64,000 nt of DNA. Source: an uncultured virus (IMG/VR IMGVR_UViG_3300013382_000005). Lineage: Duplodnaviria > Heunggongvirae > Uroviricota > Caudoviricetes. The stretch lies in IMG/VR virus record IMGVR_UViG_3300013382_000005. One strand, written 5' to 3'. This document shows, one piece after another, positions 20,863 through 32,692 of the stretch (within the stretch, counting starts at the first letter, position 1; each line of letters starts with the position of its first letter). The position numbers and the translations under genes were made by a program. Under the pieces are notes generated by a model. The model had not been told where the DNA came from and did not search any database. It worked only from the letters and a program-made list of their open reading frames with translations.

Positions 20863-21051
20863 ATGCAAAATATAATATTTTTTAATAATAAAAAATGTCT
20901 TTTGTTTTTCAATAAAGCAAAACACAAAGTATTAGAAACCTGTATGTCAGTTAATTCTCATGGATATTTAGCTCAATTTACGCATGATGATTTAAATCAG
21001 TATACTCATGATCAGATTTATAATGATACCAAAATAAATACAAAGGGGTGA
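20863..21051 (+). CDS. Small hypothetical protein (start may be 20944)
   Basis: FTHDDLNQYTHDQI short repeat of the kind seen in phage tail regions. Confidence 0.4.
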   Translation: MQNIIFFNNKKCLLFFNKAKHKVLETCMSVNSHGYLAQFTHDDLNQYTHDQIYNDTKINTKG

Positions 21052-21057
21052 TATATA

Positions 21058-21483
21058 TTGCCTGAATACACACAGCATTATAATTTAACTAAACCGTTAA
21101 AGACAGAAAAATATTTAATCGATGATGTTTGCAATAATAATGCTGACAGAATTGATAGTGAATTATATAGTCGTGCAAACAAAGTTAAAAATGCTACGGC
21201 TAATAATATTCCATTATTAACTGCTGACGGTAACATTATTGATAGTGGTAAAAACATATCGAGTATATCTAATGCTTTTATGATATCAACAATGCCTACC
21301 CCATCCGAAGACAACAAAGGATTATGTTATATGTATATTGGAAGCGATACGCAATATGAAACCGGAACGTTTTATAAATGTGTTTATGATTCAACTTCCA
21401 AAACATATAAGTGGGAAAAACTGTCGATTGTTGGCATAAACTACAGACCATTAAGACAAGTGACAGCCATTCCAGGAATTTAA
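21058..21483 (+). CDS. Tail-fibre-like protein
   Basis: YTQHYNLTKP...NNNADRID N-terminus and LTADGNIIDSG motif. Confidence 0.6.
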   Translation: MPEYTQHYNLTKPLKTEKYLIDDVCNNNADRIDSELYSRANKVKNATANNIPLLTADGNIIDSGKNISSISNAFMISTMPTPSEDNKGLCYMYIGSDTQYETGTFYKCVYDSTSKTYKWEKLSIVGINYRPLRQVTAIPGI

Positions 21484-21519
21484 CTATATAAAAATAAAAT
21501 TAGAAAGTAGATTTATGCC

Positions 21520-21876
21520 ATGAAAGATTATTTACCTGCTATATTAAGTTCAGCAGTGCTTGTTTCTTTAATTGAACTTTTTAAATTTCTCTTGTCAAGA
21601 GTATTTCAAAAAAATGATGCCAAAAGTTCAAGACAGACTGTCTTTGAAGCGCAGATCAATAAAGATATATTATCCTTAAATACTGCACTTCAAATGTCTC
21701 TACGTAATGAAATCAGACAGCTTTGTAGAAGATATATCAGAGAAGGAGAAATAGATTTTGATGAACGCGGAGACTTGCTCGAACTTCATCAAGCATATCA
21801 TAATCTAGGCGGGAATGGCAATCTTGATACTGATATGAAAACAGTAAAAGATTTACCGTTAAAGAAAAATTATTAA
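21520..21876 (+). CDS. Holin-like membrane protein
   Basis: N-terminal transmembrane helix and AYHNLGGNG motif common in Firmicute phage holin-like proteins. Confidence 0.55.
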   Translation: MKDYLPAILSSAVLVSLIELFKFLLSRVFQKNDAKSSRQTVFEAQINKDILSLNTALQMSLRNEIRQLCRRYIREGEIDFDERGDLLELHQAYHNLGGNGNLDTDMKTVKDLPLKKNY

Positions 21877-21882
21877 GAACAT

Positions 21883-21927
21883 AAAAAAGGCTCAGGTGTG
21901 TATAATCACATTCTGAGTCTTTCTTTT
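21883..21927 (+). terminator. Rho-independent terminator
   Basis: AAAGGCTCAGGTGTG...CACATTCTGAGTCTTT followed by a T-run. Confidence 0.6.
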
Positions 21928-21998
21928 AGTGGATTATATTTGCTATTCACAGTAATATATTTTTAGATTTAAATCCAGGCAGAAAGGACAACACATAC

Positions 21999-24837
21999 AT
22001 GTCTAATGGTGCCGATAAATTAAACGGACATTTTTCACAACGTCTCTTGAATGAGGAATTATATTCCCTTCATAAGATAATTGAAAATATTAATTATGAT
22101 GAACCATCAGAACCAGATGCATCAACAAACGGTGCCTTATGGCGTGATGGTGATAATTTAAAATATTCTGACGGCAATAAATGGAATCCTCTCTTTAAGA
22201 GTAAGTTTGCAATTATTGACGATATTTCTTCTCCGACACAGCCTATTAATCCAGTATATAATCAGTTATGGATTGATAATGGCGTCATTAAATATTATAA
22301 TGGATCATCATTTGTAGTCTTAAAAGCAGATACGGCTGATACTCAAACAAATACATTTGATTATTATAATTATATACTGATTCATTGCTTGAAGCAATTC
22401 GGAGAAAATTATTCTTCCGGTACTGCCACAGCATCATATTTTTCTAAGACTATAAATTCTCAGGAATGGCAGAAGACTTCTTCTGATGCAGTATATTCTT
22501 ATACAATACTTCAATCAGAATATCAGATGCAAAATGATATAGGATATCTGATTACTACTGATATATCTAGTGGCAACAATACTGCTTATAAGCAACCACT
22601 TGATGATACTGAATATCAGATATTTATTGATGCTCAAGGCAATATTACAATTTATGTAAATGAACTTAGAGATGTAACAATCAATCTTATTGGTAAGGAG
22701 TCAGCATCTGGGACTTCTGGCTCAAAAATAAATACTTATCTTGTTCCTAATGCAAACAATGACAGAATCTTCTTTGATGGCATAGAGACAGACAAACATA
22801 CAAAATATAATGATGTTACCATGATGATAGACCCTAAAGATATAGGATCTGCAAATGTTTCACTTGCACATGTAGATGGTAAATATCTTAGCGATATAAA
22901 ACAAAACATAGTTCTTGTGTCACAAGAGTCTCCATATGTCAATATAAAAGAAGAATATCAGAATACTAATACTGAGTATTATATTTATAATGCCAATACA
23001 AAGCAGATGCAGCTCATGATTAAATATGAGATAGCACCTGATTATATTGTTATACCAAATGGTATTATGCTTACTAAGAGCGCACTCAATAAATATCTCT
23101 CTGCTGATATGCAGAAGACGTTTGTTGTAGCTGTCACATTCAGTTTTAAATCATTTAAAACCAAAGGTACTCTTAAGTATTATACCAATACAATTGAAAA
23201 TGTTGAAGATGGCATTCCAATTCCAGATACAACAATCACAGCTAATAATTCATTCTTACTTGTAGATAACGAATATACAAAGTCATTTACAGTTACTAAT
23301 AATAAATTATTTATTTCAAATTATACTGGGAAACATAAAATAGTTCTCATCAAATGCGATAAAAAGCATGCGTTTGATTCTATAACCCATAATGAAGATG
23401 GAATTGTAACAATATCCAAACAAATTCTANNNNNNNNNNCTTTGTGTCAATAATTATTATTATACCAAGGATGATTTGACTTATAATTCTGCTTTACAGC
23501 TTTATACGTTCGATATGAATTATCTTAACGTTCAATATTTACATATTATTGAATCTAAAGATTTATTCATTAAATCAGGTATTGTAGATGAATCGAATAA
23601 TATTATTTGCTCATATACAGAAGTTCCTTTAGATAATGATTATCTATTGATTTTAAATAACGAATTATGTGATAACAACTTTATTATAAGGAGCAAAACA
23701 TCCGGCGCATTATATAGCAAATATATAAGCGAAGGCAAACGCTATTTGCTTTTTAAGTCTTCTTCAACTGGGTTTGCAATCAACACAACAATCTCTTCTT
23801 CAAAGATTTATATAGACAAGTTTGATAATTTACTTACTTATGTTGATGGTACATTAACATGTAATACACAACAAGTAAATTTAACTCATCCAGAATATCA
23901 AGATCAAATTGTTTTGAATGATCAAAACCAATTTGGTTTATATGACTCAATAAATAAGACTACCACATCAATAAGTAACCAAAAACTCATTGATGCTTTA
24001 TCAAGCGTATTATTTAATACTTATTCTATAGATAATCAAACTATAAGCTTTGATAATGCTAATAATAAGTATACAGGAAAGAGATATGCTATCTATGCTT
24101 ATAGCTATGGCAATAGCGTCGAAAAGAAGATTATAACTGGCGAAATCAATGATCCTTCTAATACTGATGGTGTTTATTTTTTAAATGGTTCCGATCAATA
24201 TACTCTTGGCGCAAATGAGTTATCTATATATATTAATGGCATAAGGCAGTATCCAGGAACATACACAGAGCTTAGTCCAATAAGTTTTAGTCTTGAAAAT
24301 CCTACAGACTCTGTTATAACTTATGTAATTGAACCACTCGAAAACCAAGAAACTATTTCTTATGAGTATTGTATCATAGATAAAGACAATAGAATCAAAG
24401 GATATAAAAATACTTATGCTACTGATAGTATCTTGTCTAATGGATTTATTAAAGTTTTCAAGAATGGAGTAAGATTAAATAATTCAGAATATTCTATCAA
24501 AAACTCATTCACTATTCAGTTTGAAGAGGCTACAGATGATGATGTATTCTTAATTGAATCTCGCAACGATTATTCTGTTCGCGAAGCTATTCTGCCAGTA
24601 CAATTTGATACAATTAAATGGCTCGCATACAACAATTATGATGGGTATGAAATACCTGATGATCTTATACTCAGCAGAGATTCTATATTAATATATCTTA
24701 ATGGATTATTAGTAGGAGATAATTCTTGTTATATACTTGATAGAGCCAATAATACTATAGCGCTTGATGAACAAGCAAGAACACTATTAGACCTTAATAC
24801 TAAGGATAATGGTTTTATAACTTTTGAATGGAGATAA
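21999..24837 (+). CDS. Large virion structural protein; one gene spanning the N-gap at 23430-23439
   Basis: Immediately after the gap the sequence reads LCVNNYYYTKDDLTY in the frame of the 23476-24837 ORF. Repeated IYINGIRQ / VFKNGVRL / IYLNGLL modules. Confidence 0.65.
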
Positions 24838-24847
24838 ATAATTTAAC

Positions 24848-26965
24848 GTGAATACAAAAATTTATCCATCTAATATAGATCTTGATAAGTTATCTGAAGC
24901 GCTTATCAATGATTATGAATTCAATCATGGAGACAAAACTGATGTAACTCATGTCGATGGCGTAGATTCTAAATTCATCGCAAAAGCAGCTACAAGAACA
25001 GTCGATGGAACAGAACTCCTGATTAAAGATAGACAAACAGTAGAAAGCGCACTGTTTTTACATAATACAGATACCGATACTGCAATCCCGGCATCTGATG
25101 TTGTGACGAAAGAACAATTCAAGACTTCTTTAAATGAGACTCTTGATAATTCTCAGTCTAAAACCAATAGACATATTTCTGACGAAATGATATCTGTGCG
25201 TTCAGAACTCTATGCTCTGATAAGTAGCTTATCCAAGAAAGGCATTCTCTCAAACTATTATGCAGAAAATGGTTTCCTGGATCCATTTGCTACTTATGAT
25301 AAGAGATGTGCTATTGAGGATATTTGCAGCATAGCGCAAACTGGAACAATATCGGCAGGTTTTACACAGCATATTTACATTTCTAAAGATGACGCAGCAA
25401 AAGTTCAACCTGGATTCTATTATATAGTAGAAAAGACTTTCGCAGACAAAACTAAGTTGTACGAAGTAGTCTTTATACAGAGCTGCACCAATTCGGCAGA
25501 CAATGATTTAATTGATTGTACTGTTTATGATATTGATATGTCTGATGTTGGCCTGAACCTAAAGAATAAAAGTGATCTATATACAGAAATGCCTACTATG
25601 ATTCTTAAATCAATTCATGGGCAATATGTAAATAATACTTTTTCGTTCTCTAAGCCAGATACATTCGTTGAAACTGGCAATATAAATGAGATAAGCTTTG
25701 ATGACGACTCATTAACAATTAGTGTTCCTACAGTAGATAATGATGAGAATCCTGCATTTGCTTTCTCATTCAGGGTTCCTGCCAATAAGGCTGGCGTATT
25801 AAAATCCCTTACTGTATATGGCACAATCGATGGTCAAGCATGTGACTTAAGATGCTATATTCTCAAAGATGATGATAAAACTTCTGTAAATGCTCAGAGT
25901 CTTGATGAAAGATTTATAGCCGGAGATGAAACTATTATAGGTAGATCTAGGCAGGTATTCCTCTCTTCCCTGACCTCTTCTGAAACATGGAGTGTAGATA
26001 ATAAGATCACCTTCACCTTTGCTGATGAAATAGATGGCAAATATAAAATAAGCCTTGAAAATGAAACATATCTTATTGTTATTGTGAAGACTAATCCTGA
26101 AGCAACTGGTATCTGGAAGTTCTTATTCTCAAGAAACCCTGCTTCTGGAAATGATGTTCAGACTTATAATAAAGCCTATACTTATCATAGAAATGCAGCC
26201 GGACAATATGTCTTTGATGAAAAGGCATATAAATATGACCTTATGTACTCTATTATCACTGAGATAGTATTAAATGAAAAAGAAGTTGGTTATACCAATG
26301 GACTTTATACTTCTCAGGAATTCAATATGTACAATAAGGCTTCAGATATAGCACTTGCTATGACAATCAGTCGTGAAGGTTTATTCCGCGTCGCAAACAA
26401 TGCAACGATTAATGGATCTAATAATGATCCTATCGTTATTGAATTAGATACTGGATGCAAAACATTAAATTCTAATACTCTTGGATATAACTATGGTATA
26501 AAATCCGGAGATACAATTGTTATTGGTAATCAAATTCTTACAATTAAAAAAGAGAATTCAGATAATCGTATTTTTGTAAACGAAGATAATATCTCTGTAA
26601 CTGCATATGATAAGGTATATAAAGTTGGATATAAGCCATATATTATGTTGTATCGTAAGGGTTCTGATGGCAATGATATTATAGATACATATCCTATGTA
26701 TCTTGATTCTGTTGCAGACAATCCTGAGCGTACAAACGAAACTGCATCAGATAAACTCATATTCAAGGTTAAAGATATAATCAAGCATCTTCCTACTTTC
26801 AATGATACATCTTTTGATAAGGTATATTATAAAGGTAAAATAGCTATTGCATGGAACTCAACAGCTCCTGAGCAATACTTTGCAGAAGGTGAGTATTCTA
26901 ACAATAATTTTATAGGCAGAATTTACAGTCTAGTAATATCTGGATCCAATATTTTAGGGTTATGA
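24848..26965 (+). CDS. Large structural protein (tail/baseplate region)
   Basis: 705 aa ORF in the late block. Confidence 0.65.
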   Translation: MNTKIYPSNIDLDKLSEALINDYEFNHGDKTDVTHVDGVDSKFIAKAATRTVDGTELLIKDRQTVESALFLHNTDTDTAIPASDVVTKEQFKTSLNETLDNSQSKTNRHISDEMISVRSELYALISSLSKKGILSNYYAENGFLDPFATYDKRCAIEDICSIAQTGTISAGFTQHIYISKDDAAKVQPGFYYIVEKTFADKTKLYEVVFIQSCTNSADNDLIDCTVYDIDMSDVGLNLKNKSDLYTEMPTMILKSIHGQYVNNTFSFSKPDTFVETGNINEISFDDDSLTISVPTVDNDENPAFAFSFRVPANKAGVLKSLTVYGTIDGQACDLRCYILKDDDKTSVNAQSLDERFIAGDETIIGRSRQVFLSSLTSSETWSVDNKITFTFADEIDGKYKISLENETYLIVIVKTNPEATGIWKFLFSRNPASGNDVQTYNKAYTYHRNAAGQYVFDEKAYKYDLMYSIITEIVLNEKEVGYTNGLYTSQEFNMYNKASDIALAMTISREGLFRVANNATINGSNNDPIVIELDTGCKTLNSNTLGYNYGIKSGDTIVIGNQILTIKKENSDNRIFVNEDNISVTAYDKVYKVGYKPYIMLYRKGSDGNDIIDTYPMYLDSVADNPERTNETASDKLIFKVKDIIKHLPTFNDTSFDKVYYKGKIAIAWNSTAPEQYFAEGEYSNNNFIGRIYSLVISGSNILGL

Positions 26966-27038
26966 GATTACGTAGATAAGTAATATAAAGGGTAGTTAAA
27001 TTCAAAAATCTTTGAAAGGCTACCCTTTATTTTAATAT

Positions 27039-28421
27039 ATGGATTTTAATAATTTCAATAATATAGATTATAAACTTCTTAAAAATCTTGCAAACGCAAA
27101 AAAGAATCATCAGATATTTTTATCCTGGGACGAGATTGCACATAAATGTAATATTTCATCTGGCGAAAAAGCAAGACAAATTTCAAGACAAAAATATATG
27201 CTTGATCTTGCTTATGCTTCAGACATTATAAATGACAAGAATGAATCTTTAGAACCTATTGACTTAAGTCATAATAATATTGATGATATTATAGAAAAAG
27301 AATCATCAAATGAAATTCATGGCGATGGTTCTCAAACTGATACAAAGATTCTTGAGCTATCTGAAGAGGATAAAAAGTCTCCAGATGCATTACTTAAGAA
27401 GCATGGATTTAATCCTGAAAAATTTGAATTAGTCAATGCAAAAAACTCAGTTTGGAATGCACAGGTTAAAAATGGCGCGACCAAAACACTATACTCTAGT
27501 AAAATAACTGTTAAACCTCGCACAGATACATTATCTCTCGAAGCATTCAAAAATGACTTTGCCAATTTTGCAATAAATTATAGCCCTGATTATAACATCA
27601 ATAAAATACAGAATGATTCTGACAACCTGCTTGAAATCAATATAACTGATTTGCATCTAGGTAAGTTATGCGACAGAGAATTAACAGGAACAGATTATAA
27701 TACTGAGCTTGCTACATCTCTATTTAAAAATGTCATAGATAGTATACTTGCAGAAACAAGTGGATATCAATTCAATAAGATCCTGTTTGTTTTCTCTAAT
27801 GACTTCTTTAACTATGATACGTGTAATTATACAACCACTGCTGGTACTCCTCAGGAACATGATTCTCATTGGCAGAAGCTTTTCCAGGATGGCTGTCATC
27901 TTCTTGTTGATGCTATAGATAAACTTTCACATATAGCTCCTGTTACGACTCTATATATAGGTTCTAACCATGATAGGCAAAGCGCATATTATCTCTCTTG
28001 TTATCTTGCAGCATGGTTCAGGAACAATCCTAATGTAACAATAGATAGCTCATATATGTCTCGTAAGCTTGTTAAGTGGGGTAAGTCTCTTATTTACTTC
28101 ACTCATGGAGATATGCCTAAAAAGAATCTTAATGGTATTATAGCAAGAGAGTTTCCTAAGGAATGGGGAGAGTCCCAGTTCAGAGAGATTCATGCAGCGC
28201 ATTTCCATAGCGATCAGTCTATTATAGAAAGCTGCGGAACCATATGTAGATTTCTTCCTACTGTTACTGGTACTGATGTATACCATTATGAAAATGGATA
28301 TACGGGTGCCCTTACTAAAGTTCAGAGCTTTATCTGGAGCAAAGAATATGGATTAAAAAACATTATAAATACCAATGTAATATACAATCATGAGTATAAA
28401 CCAAATAAATTTGAATTATAA
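27039..28421 (+). CDS. Calcineurin-like metallophosphoesterase with N-terminal HTH-like segment
   Basis: TDLHLG, NDFFNYD, GSNHD, THGD and AHFH motifs. Confidence 0.85.
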   Translation: MDFNNFNNIDYKLLKNLANAKKNHQIFLSWDEIAHKCNISSGEKARQISRQKYMLDLAYASDIINDKNESLEPIDLSHNNIDDIIEKESSNEIHGDGSQTDTKILELSEEDKKSPDALLKKHGFNPEKFELVNAKNSVWNAQVKNGATKTLYSSKITVKPRTDTLSLEAFKNDFANFAINYSPDYNINKIQNDSDNLLEINITDLHLGKLCDRELTGTDYNTELATSLFKNVIDSILAETSGYQFNKILFVFSNDFFNYDTCNYTTTAGTPQEHDSHWQKLFQDGCHLLVDAIDKLSHIAPVTTLYIGSNHDRQSAYYLSCYLAAWFRNNPNVTIDSSYMSRKLVKWGKSLIYFTHGDMPKKNLNGIIAREFPKEWGESQFREIHAAHFHSDQSIIESCGTICRFLPTVTGTDVYHYENGYTGALTKVQSFIWSKEYGLKNIINTNVIYNHEYKPNKFEL

Positions 28422-28426
28422 AATAT

Positions 28427-29572
28427 ATGGCTAATAGAATTGATAATATCGAATCATTATTAGACAATCTTGTAAGTGATGCCAGCTATTCTCTGAATAG
28501 CGACATCACTTATCAATTAAAATACATGGAGAGTCAAAAATATAATGATGATTTCGATAAAATATATGAAAGATTAAATAGACTATATGAAAAGACAAGA
28601 CTATTATACGAATTAAGCGATAATATAGAATATTATCTCAAAGAAAATATAAATGAAATTAATTCTAAAATAAATGAAATCATCAGAAGTATTGAAGCGC
28701 AAAGAGATACTCTGAAACACAGTTCTGATACAGTTATAAATGTAAACTTCAATAATCAATATAATACGGACTTTATAGACAGAGATGGCACAGCCATTGA
28801 TAATAAAGCTTATATAAAAGATAGCGTACTAACATTGCCTCCAATTACTTCTAATGAGATCAAAATTAACGAAGATAATATCTCCGTAAATACCTACGAT
28901 CAATATAAAATCTATAATTTAGCTCAATACAATAGTTTAAATATAAATGGCACATACAGAACAATATATGTTTCTACATCTCCTATTGATATAAAAGAAA
29001 AGGTTACAATCACATTTTCAGAGCCGATAAAAATGAATCAATTATCTTTAAAACTCTCCAACAGTGATTTTGATAATTTATATTATATAACAGAAGATGC
29101 AAGGATATTAGTTAAAGACATATCGAGCACTTTAGCCACAAAATATATCAAAGGTATTGAATTCGATATATATTGTCTCATTCCTAAAATTGAAATATTT
29201 ACTGTTCCAACCACTACAAATACAGATTCATATCTACATATAAATAAACCAGATGATTATGCTAATCTGTTCTTCAGCGCCGTAAACGAATTCACACAAA
29301 ATAAAAATGAGTATGATATTATGGCTAATAAATATTATACTGATAATAATACTACGTCTACATATTCTTCTTATAATCTTTCTGGAACAAGCAAAATAGT
29401 TCTGAATGAAAATGATTTTAGATCAGATACAGGATATTGGAACGATGACCAATCGCTTGAACGACATTCCAATGATCCTGAATCATATGAGCAAAAGAAT
29501 GGCGCGTATATATACGGCAATCAATACCCAACAATAGAGACCGCAACAATCTACGGAAAGAAGAGTTTATAA
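28427..29572 (+). CDS. Putative structural protein
   Basis: 381 aa with an N-terminal coiled coil. Confidence 0.6.
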   Translation: MANRIDNIESLLDNLVSDASYSLNSDITYQLKYMESQKYNDDFDKIYERLNRLYEKTRLLYELSDNIEYYLKENINEINSKINEIIRSIEAQRDTLKHSSDTVINVNFNNQYNTDFIDRDGTAIDNKAYIKDSVLTLPPITSNEIKINEDNISVNTYDQYKIYNLAQYNSLNINGTYRTIYVSTSPIDIKEKVTITFSEPIKMNQLSLKLSNSDFDNLYYITEDARILVKDISSTLATKYIKGIEFDIYCLIPKIEIFTVPTTTNTDSYLHINKPDDYANLFFSAVNEFTQNKNEYDIMANKYYTDNNTTSTYSSYNLSGTSKIVLNENDFRSDTGYWNDDQSLERHSNDPESYEQKNGAYIYGNQYPTIETATIYGKKSL

Positions 29573-29575
29573 TTA

Positions 29576-29755
29576 ATGAGCCAATTTAATAATAATACAT
29601 CTATTTTATGTCAAATACTTGATAGTATGAAAAGAGTAAAAATTACTGTAGCTGCAAAAATAGATGAGCTACAAGCAGATGATAGAATTGCATTAACTAA
29701 AGATCAAGCATTAGATCTTTTAGGGTTCGATAAGAAAAAGTATAAAATAATATAA
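29576..29755 (+). CDS. Small hypothetical protein (59 aa)
   Basis: MSQFNNNTSILCQILDSMKRVKITVAAKIDELQ...; fills the gap between its neighbours. Confidence 0.55.
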   Translation: MSQFNNNTSILCQILDSMKRVKITVAAKIDELQADDRIALTKDQALDLLGFDKKKYKII

Positions 29756-29769
29756 GGTGGTGCTATTAA

Positions 29770-31257
29770 TTGGCATTATCAATATTCAATAAAAAGCAAA
29801 GTACTACAACTACTGCTACAAAAAGCACATCAGCTACTAAAGGATCAATTTCTTCTAATTCAGCAGCCGCAAGAGCCGCAGCTGCTAATGCTGCCAAATC
29901 TAATTCGTCTAGCACTACTACAACAAAGAATACGACTACATCTGCTACTAAAACTACTGCATCTAATAAGAATAGTAATTCGTCTAAATTCTCTCAATCA
30001 TCTGGATTAACAAAAGCAGAACAAGATGAGTTAAATCAATTAACATCAATGAATCTTGATAGTAAGCTTGAAGCTGCTCAAGACCATAATGCATACCATA
30101 CTGTTACTAATCAGTATAAAGAATTAATAGCAAGAAGAAATCAGCTTGAAGCAAAAGGTGGTATTGCTTCTACAAATACTACTGCTAATTCATTTATGGA
30201 TGGCTCTATTGCTACTTCTTCTGGTAACAATAAATATGACAAAGCAAAAACGTCTCCTGGACAGCAAACAGCTCCTGATCATATTTCAAAAGAATTTGGC
30301 ACTTCCCTTGCTGCATCTGGAGCCGGTAATACTGTCGACGTTGTAGATGAGAATGGCAAAAAGATTGCAAGCTACAATACATCTAAATACTTTAATATAA
30401 AAAAGGGAGATCAAATAAAGTCTGGAGATATAGTTCAGTATGGTGGTGTATCTTATGTTTATAATTCAAAGACAGGACAATTTGATCGTCTTATGGATTA
30501 CAAAGATACAAATACCATTACAACTAAAAATGGCAAAGATGAAGTTCTGTATAGTGAACAATATGAAGATGCTAATGGTAATCTGAGATATAGAATAGTA
30601 GTTAAAAGCAGAAAACAACAAACAACTACAAGTACAGATACATCATCATATATTCCTTCATATACACCTAATCCAGATCCTCCTGCACCTAAGCCTCCAG
30701 CCATACAATATAAGGATATAAAAAGATATACGTATGGTTTTGGCATCGATTCCCTAAAAATATCTTATAATAAAATAACTGATACAGCTTGTTTTGTTTC
30801 AGATAAGATATTTATTGGTGATATAAACGATTCTAATTATATTTCAATCGATGCAAATGATTATCATCCAGAATATACTTCTATAGAATATTATATAATC
30901 GATGGCAGCAAAACTGTCCCGATTCTGAATCGTAATACAACGTATATAGAGCATGAGCTTCTCTTCCCTAATATGTCAACCAGGTTCAGTATAGCTGATA
31001 ATAGTGCATATACTATTTATAAAAATTTTCAAATAACAAATCTCAAGCTTGATGAAATAGATTTTACCGATAAAAATATAAAGTATACTATTTCGTATAA
31101 GCCTGTTGTTACGCAATATAAGCCTGAAAATAAATATATAAGCATAAAAGTAATCCTGCGTAAATATCAGGATGACGTAAGTTCGCCATATATAAAGTAT
31201 ATCAATGTTGTCAAGACGGGAGGAGGTTTACTGTGGCAAGATATATCACAGATATAA
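29770..31257 (+). CDS. Putative structural protein with S/T/A-rich N-terminus and Pro-rich linker
   Basis: 495 aa; contains PSYTPNPDPPAPKPP. Confidence 0.6.
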   Translation: MALSIFNKKQSTTTTATKSTSATKGSISSNSAAARAAAANAAKSNSSSTTTTKNTTTSATKTTASNKNSNSSKFSQSSGLTKAEQDELNQLTSMNLDSKLEAAQDHNAYHTVTNQYKELIARRNQLEAKGGIASTNTTANSFMDGSIATSSGNNKYDKAKTSPGQQTAPDHISKEFGTSLAASGAGNTVDVVDENGKKIASYNTSKYFNIKKGDQIKSGDIVQYGGVSYVYNSKTGQFDRLMDYKDTNTITTKNGKDEVLYSEQYEDANGNLRYRIVVKSRKQQTTTSTDTSSYIPSYTPNPDPPAPKPPAIQYKDIKRYTYGFGIDSLKISYNKITDTACFVSDKIFIGDINDSNYISIDANDYHPEYTSIEYYIIDGSKTVPILNRNTTYIEHELLFPNMSTRFSIADNSAYTIYKNFQITNLKLDEIDFTDKNIKYTISYKPVVTQYKPENKYISIKVILRKYQDDVSSPYIKYINVVKTGGGLLWQDISQI

Positions 31258-32690
31258 AAAATAAATATATCGAGAATTTATCTGCATATAATTTAGCAGA
31301 TCGTATGCAGGAACTGTTAAGTGATGATGCAGAAAACAAACCAATATACAAGCCACTCCTGGCTCATGAAGATGAAGAATCCAAAGTTAAAGAACACAAC
31401 ACAATGCTTTATGAGATGTGCCTTGATATCAATGGACTCAACAGTGACCTGAGTGCAACAGCAGTTGAATATTATGATTTAATAAATCAATATACTGGCA
31501 CATTCGAAGATATCTATAACAAGCTCAAACAAGCCTTTGAAGTGCAAACAGATATAAATATGTTGTGCAAAGCCTATTCCAATTTCAACAATGTAATTGA
31601 TATAGACAACGAAACATTCGAAGGCATAAAAACAAATTCTATAACAAATAATCTGTTGCATCTGAATTGCAATACACTGTCTGAATCTAAATTATCTGTA
31701 TCTAATATAACTGGTAATGGATATGCTGGCAATCAATATGTCTACGATACTGAAAACAAAAAGTATTTAATCGATACTATAAAAACCGCAGATCCTAATT
31801 ACTTAACAGATGATGTAGCAAATCAATATTTTGAATATTCAAGACTTGTAAGCAGTGATATAAACAATTCTGGGCTGTGTACGGATGTAAATAATGACAC
31901 AAACAATGCAAGATGTACTATTTATATGCAGTCTGGCTCTATATTCAATATTCTTTACATATCTTCAACCCAGAAGAATTTAAGAATAATAGATATGCAT
32001 TATTCATTAGATGGCGCAGCATATAAAGAAATTCCCGATTTCCATAATTTTGATTTTAATAACAGCGATAATCAATATACTATAAATAACTATATTTTGA
32101 ATTCAGGCATATTTAATATCCCTGATTCCAAATATGTTAAAATAACATTTGAATCTAATGATTATAGTGCAAACGAAACCATTGCTTGCCAAGTTAAAAG
32201 CACTAATGCCTCTAAAGTATCTGAGACTACAACAATCTTAAATAACACTCAGAGATATACTATAAAGATTAATACAATAAAGGCATTCAGGAATGTATAT
32301 GAACAGACTAATACTATAATCAGTAAAGATATAGTCTCCAGCTCAAACTATAATAAGATAAATAGCATGGCAATATTTGATAATGAATATATCCCAAATA
32401 TAGAATTATCAGAGAATAATGAATATAGTGATTATATTAAATATTTTCTTATAATCAATGATACTGAATATGAAGTTATTCCGATCAATAGGAATATAGA
32501 TAATAGAAACGAATCCAGAAAGAAAATAATAAGAATAGCTGATGGGTTGAGTACATCAAACTATGTTGAATATATAAGTGAAGATATAAAGAATGTAAAA
32601 TTAAAAATTGTATTGAATAGAATTAATGAATATAATTCTCCATATATATCTAATCTGAAGTTATTAGTATCAGAAAGTAGTGGTGTTTAA
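31233..32690 (+). CDS. Putative structural (baseplate-region) protein
   Basis: 485 aa, RBS GGAGGAGG, GTG start. Confidence 0.65.
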   Translation: MARYITDIKNKYIENLSAYNLADRMQELLSDDAENKPIYKPLLAHEDEESKVKEHNTMLYEMCLDINGLNSDLSATAVEYYDLINQYTGTFEDIYNKLKQAFEVQTDINMLCKAYSNFNNVIDIDNETFEGIKTNSITNNLLHLNCNTLSESKLSVSNITGNGYAGNQYVYDTENKKYLIDTIKTADPNYLTDDVANQYFEYSRLVSSDINNSGLCTDVNNDTNNARCTIYMQSGSIFNILYISSTQKNLRIIDMHYSLDGAAYKEIPDFHNFDFNNSDNQYTINNYILNSGIFNIPDSKYVKITFESNDYSANETIACQVKSTNASKVSETTTILNNTQRYTIKINTIKAFRNVYEQTNTIISKDIVSSSNYNKINSMAIFDNEYIPNIELSENNEYSDYIKYFLIINDTEYEVIPINRNIDNRNESRKKIIRIADGLSTSNYVEYISEDIKNVKLKIVLNRINEYNSPYISNLKLLVSESSGV

Positions 32691-32692
32691 AA

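Noticed and set aside
23430..23475. Frameshift or two separate genes at 21999/23476 (likewise 51085/51954)
   Set aside because: The breaks coincide with N-gaps of placeholder length.
26986..27029. Riboswitch before the phosphoesterase gene
   Set aside because: Only a simple hairpin (TAAAGGGTAG...CTACCCTTTA) with no recognisable aptamer; it could be a terminator or an RBS-occluding stem.
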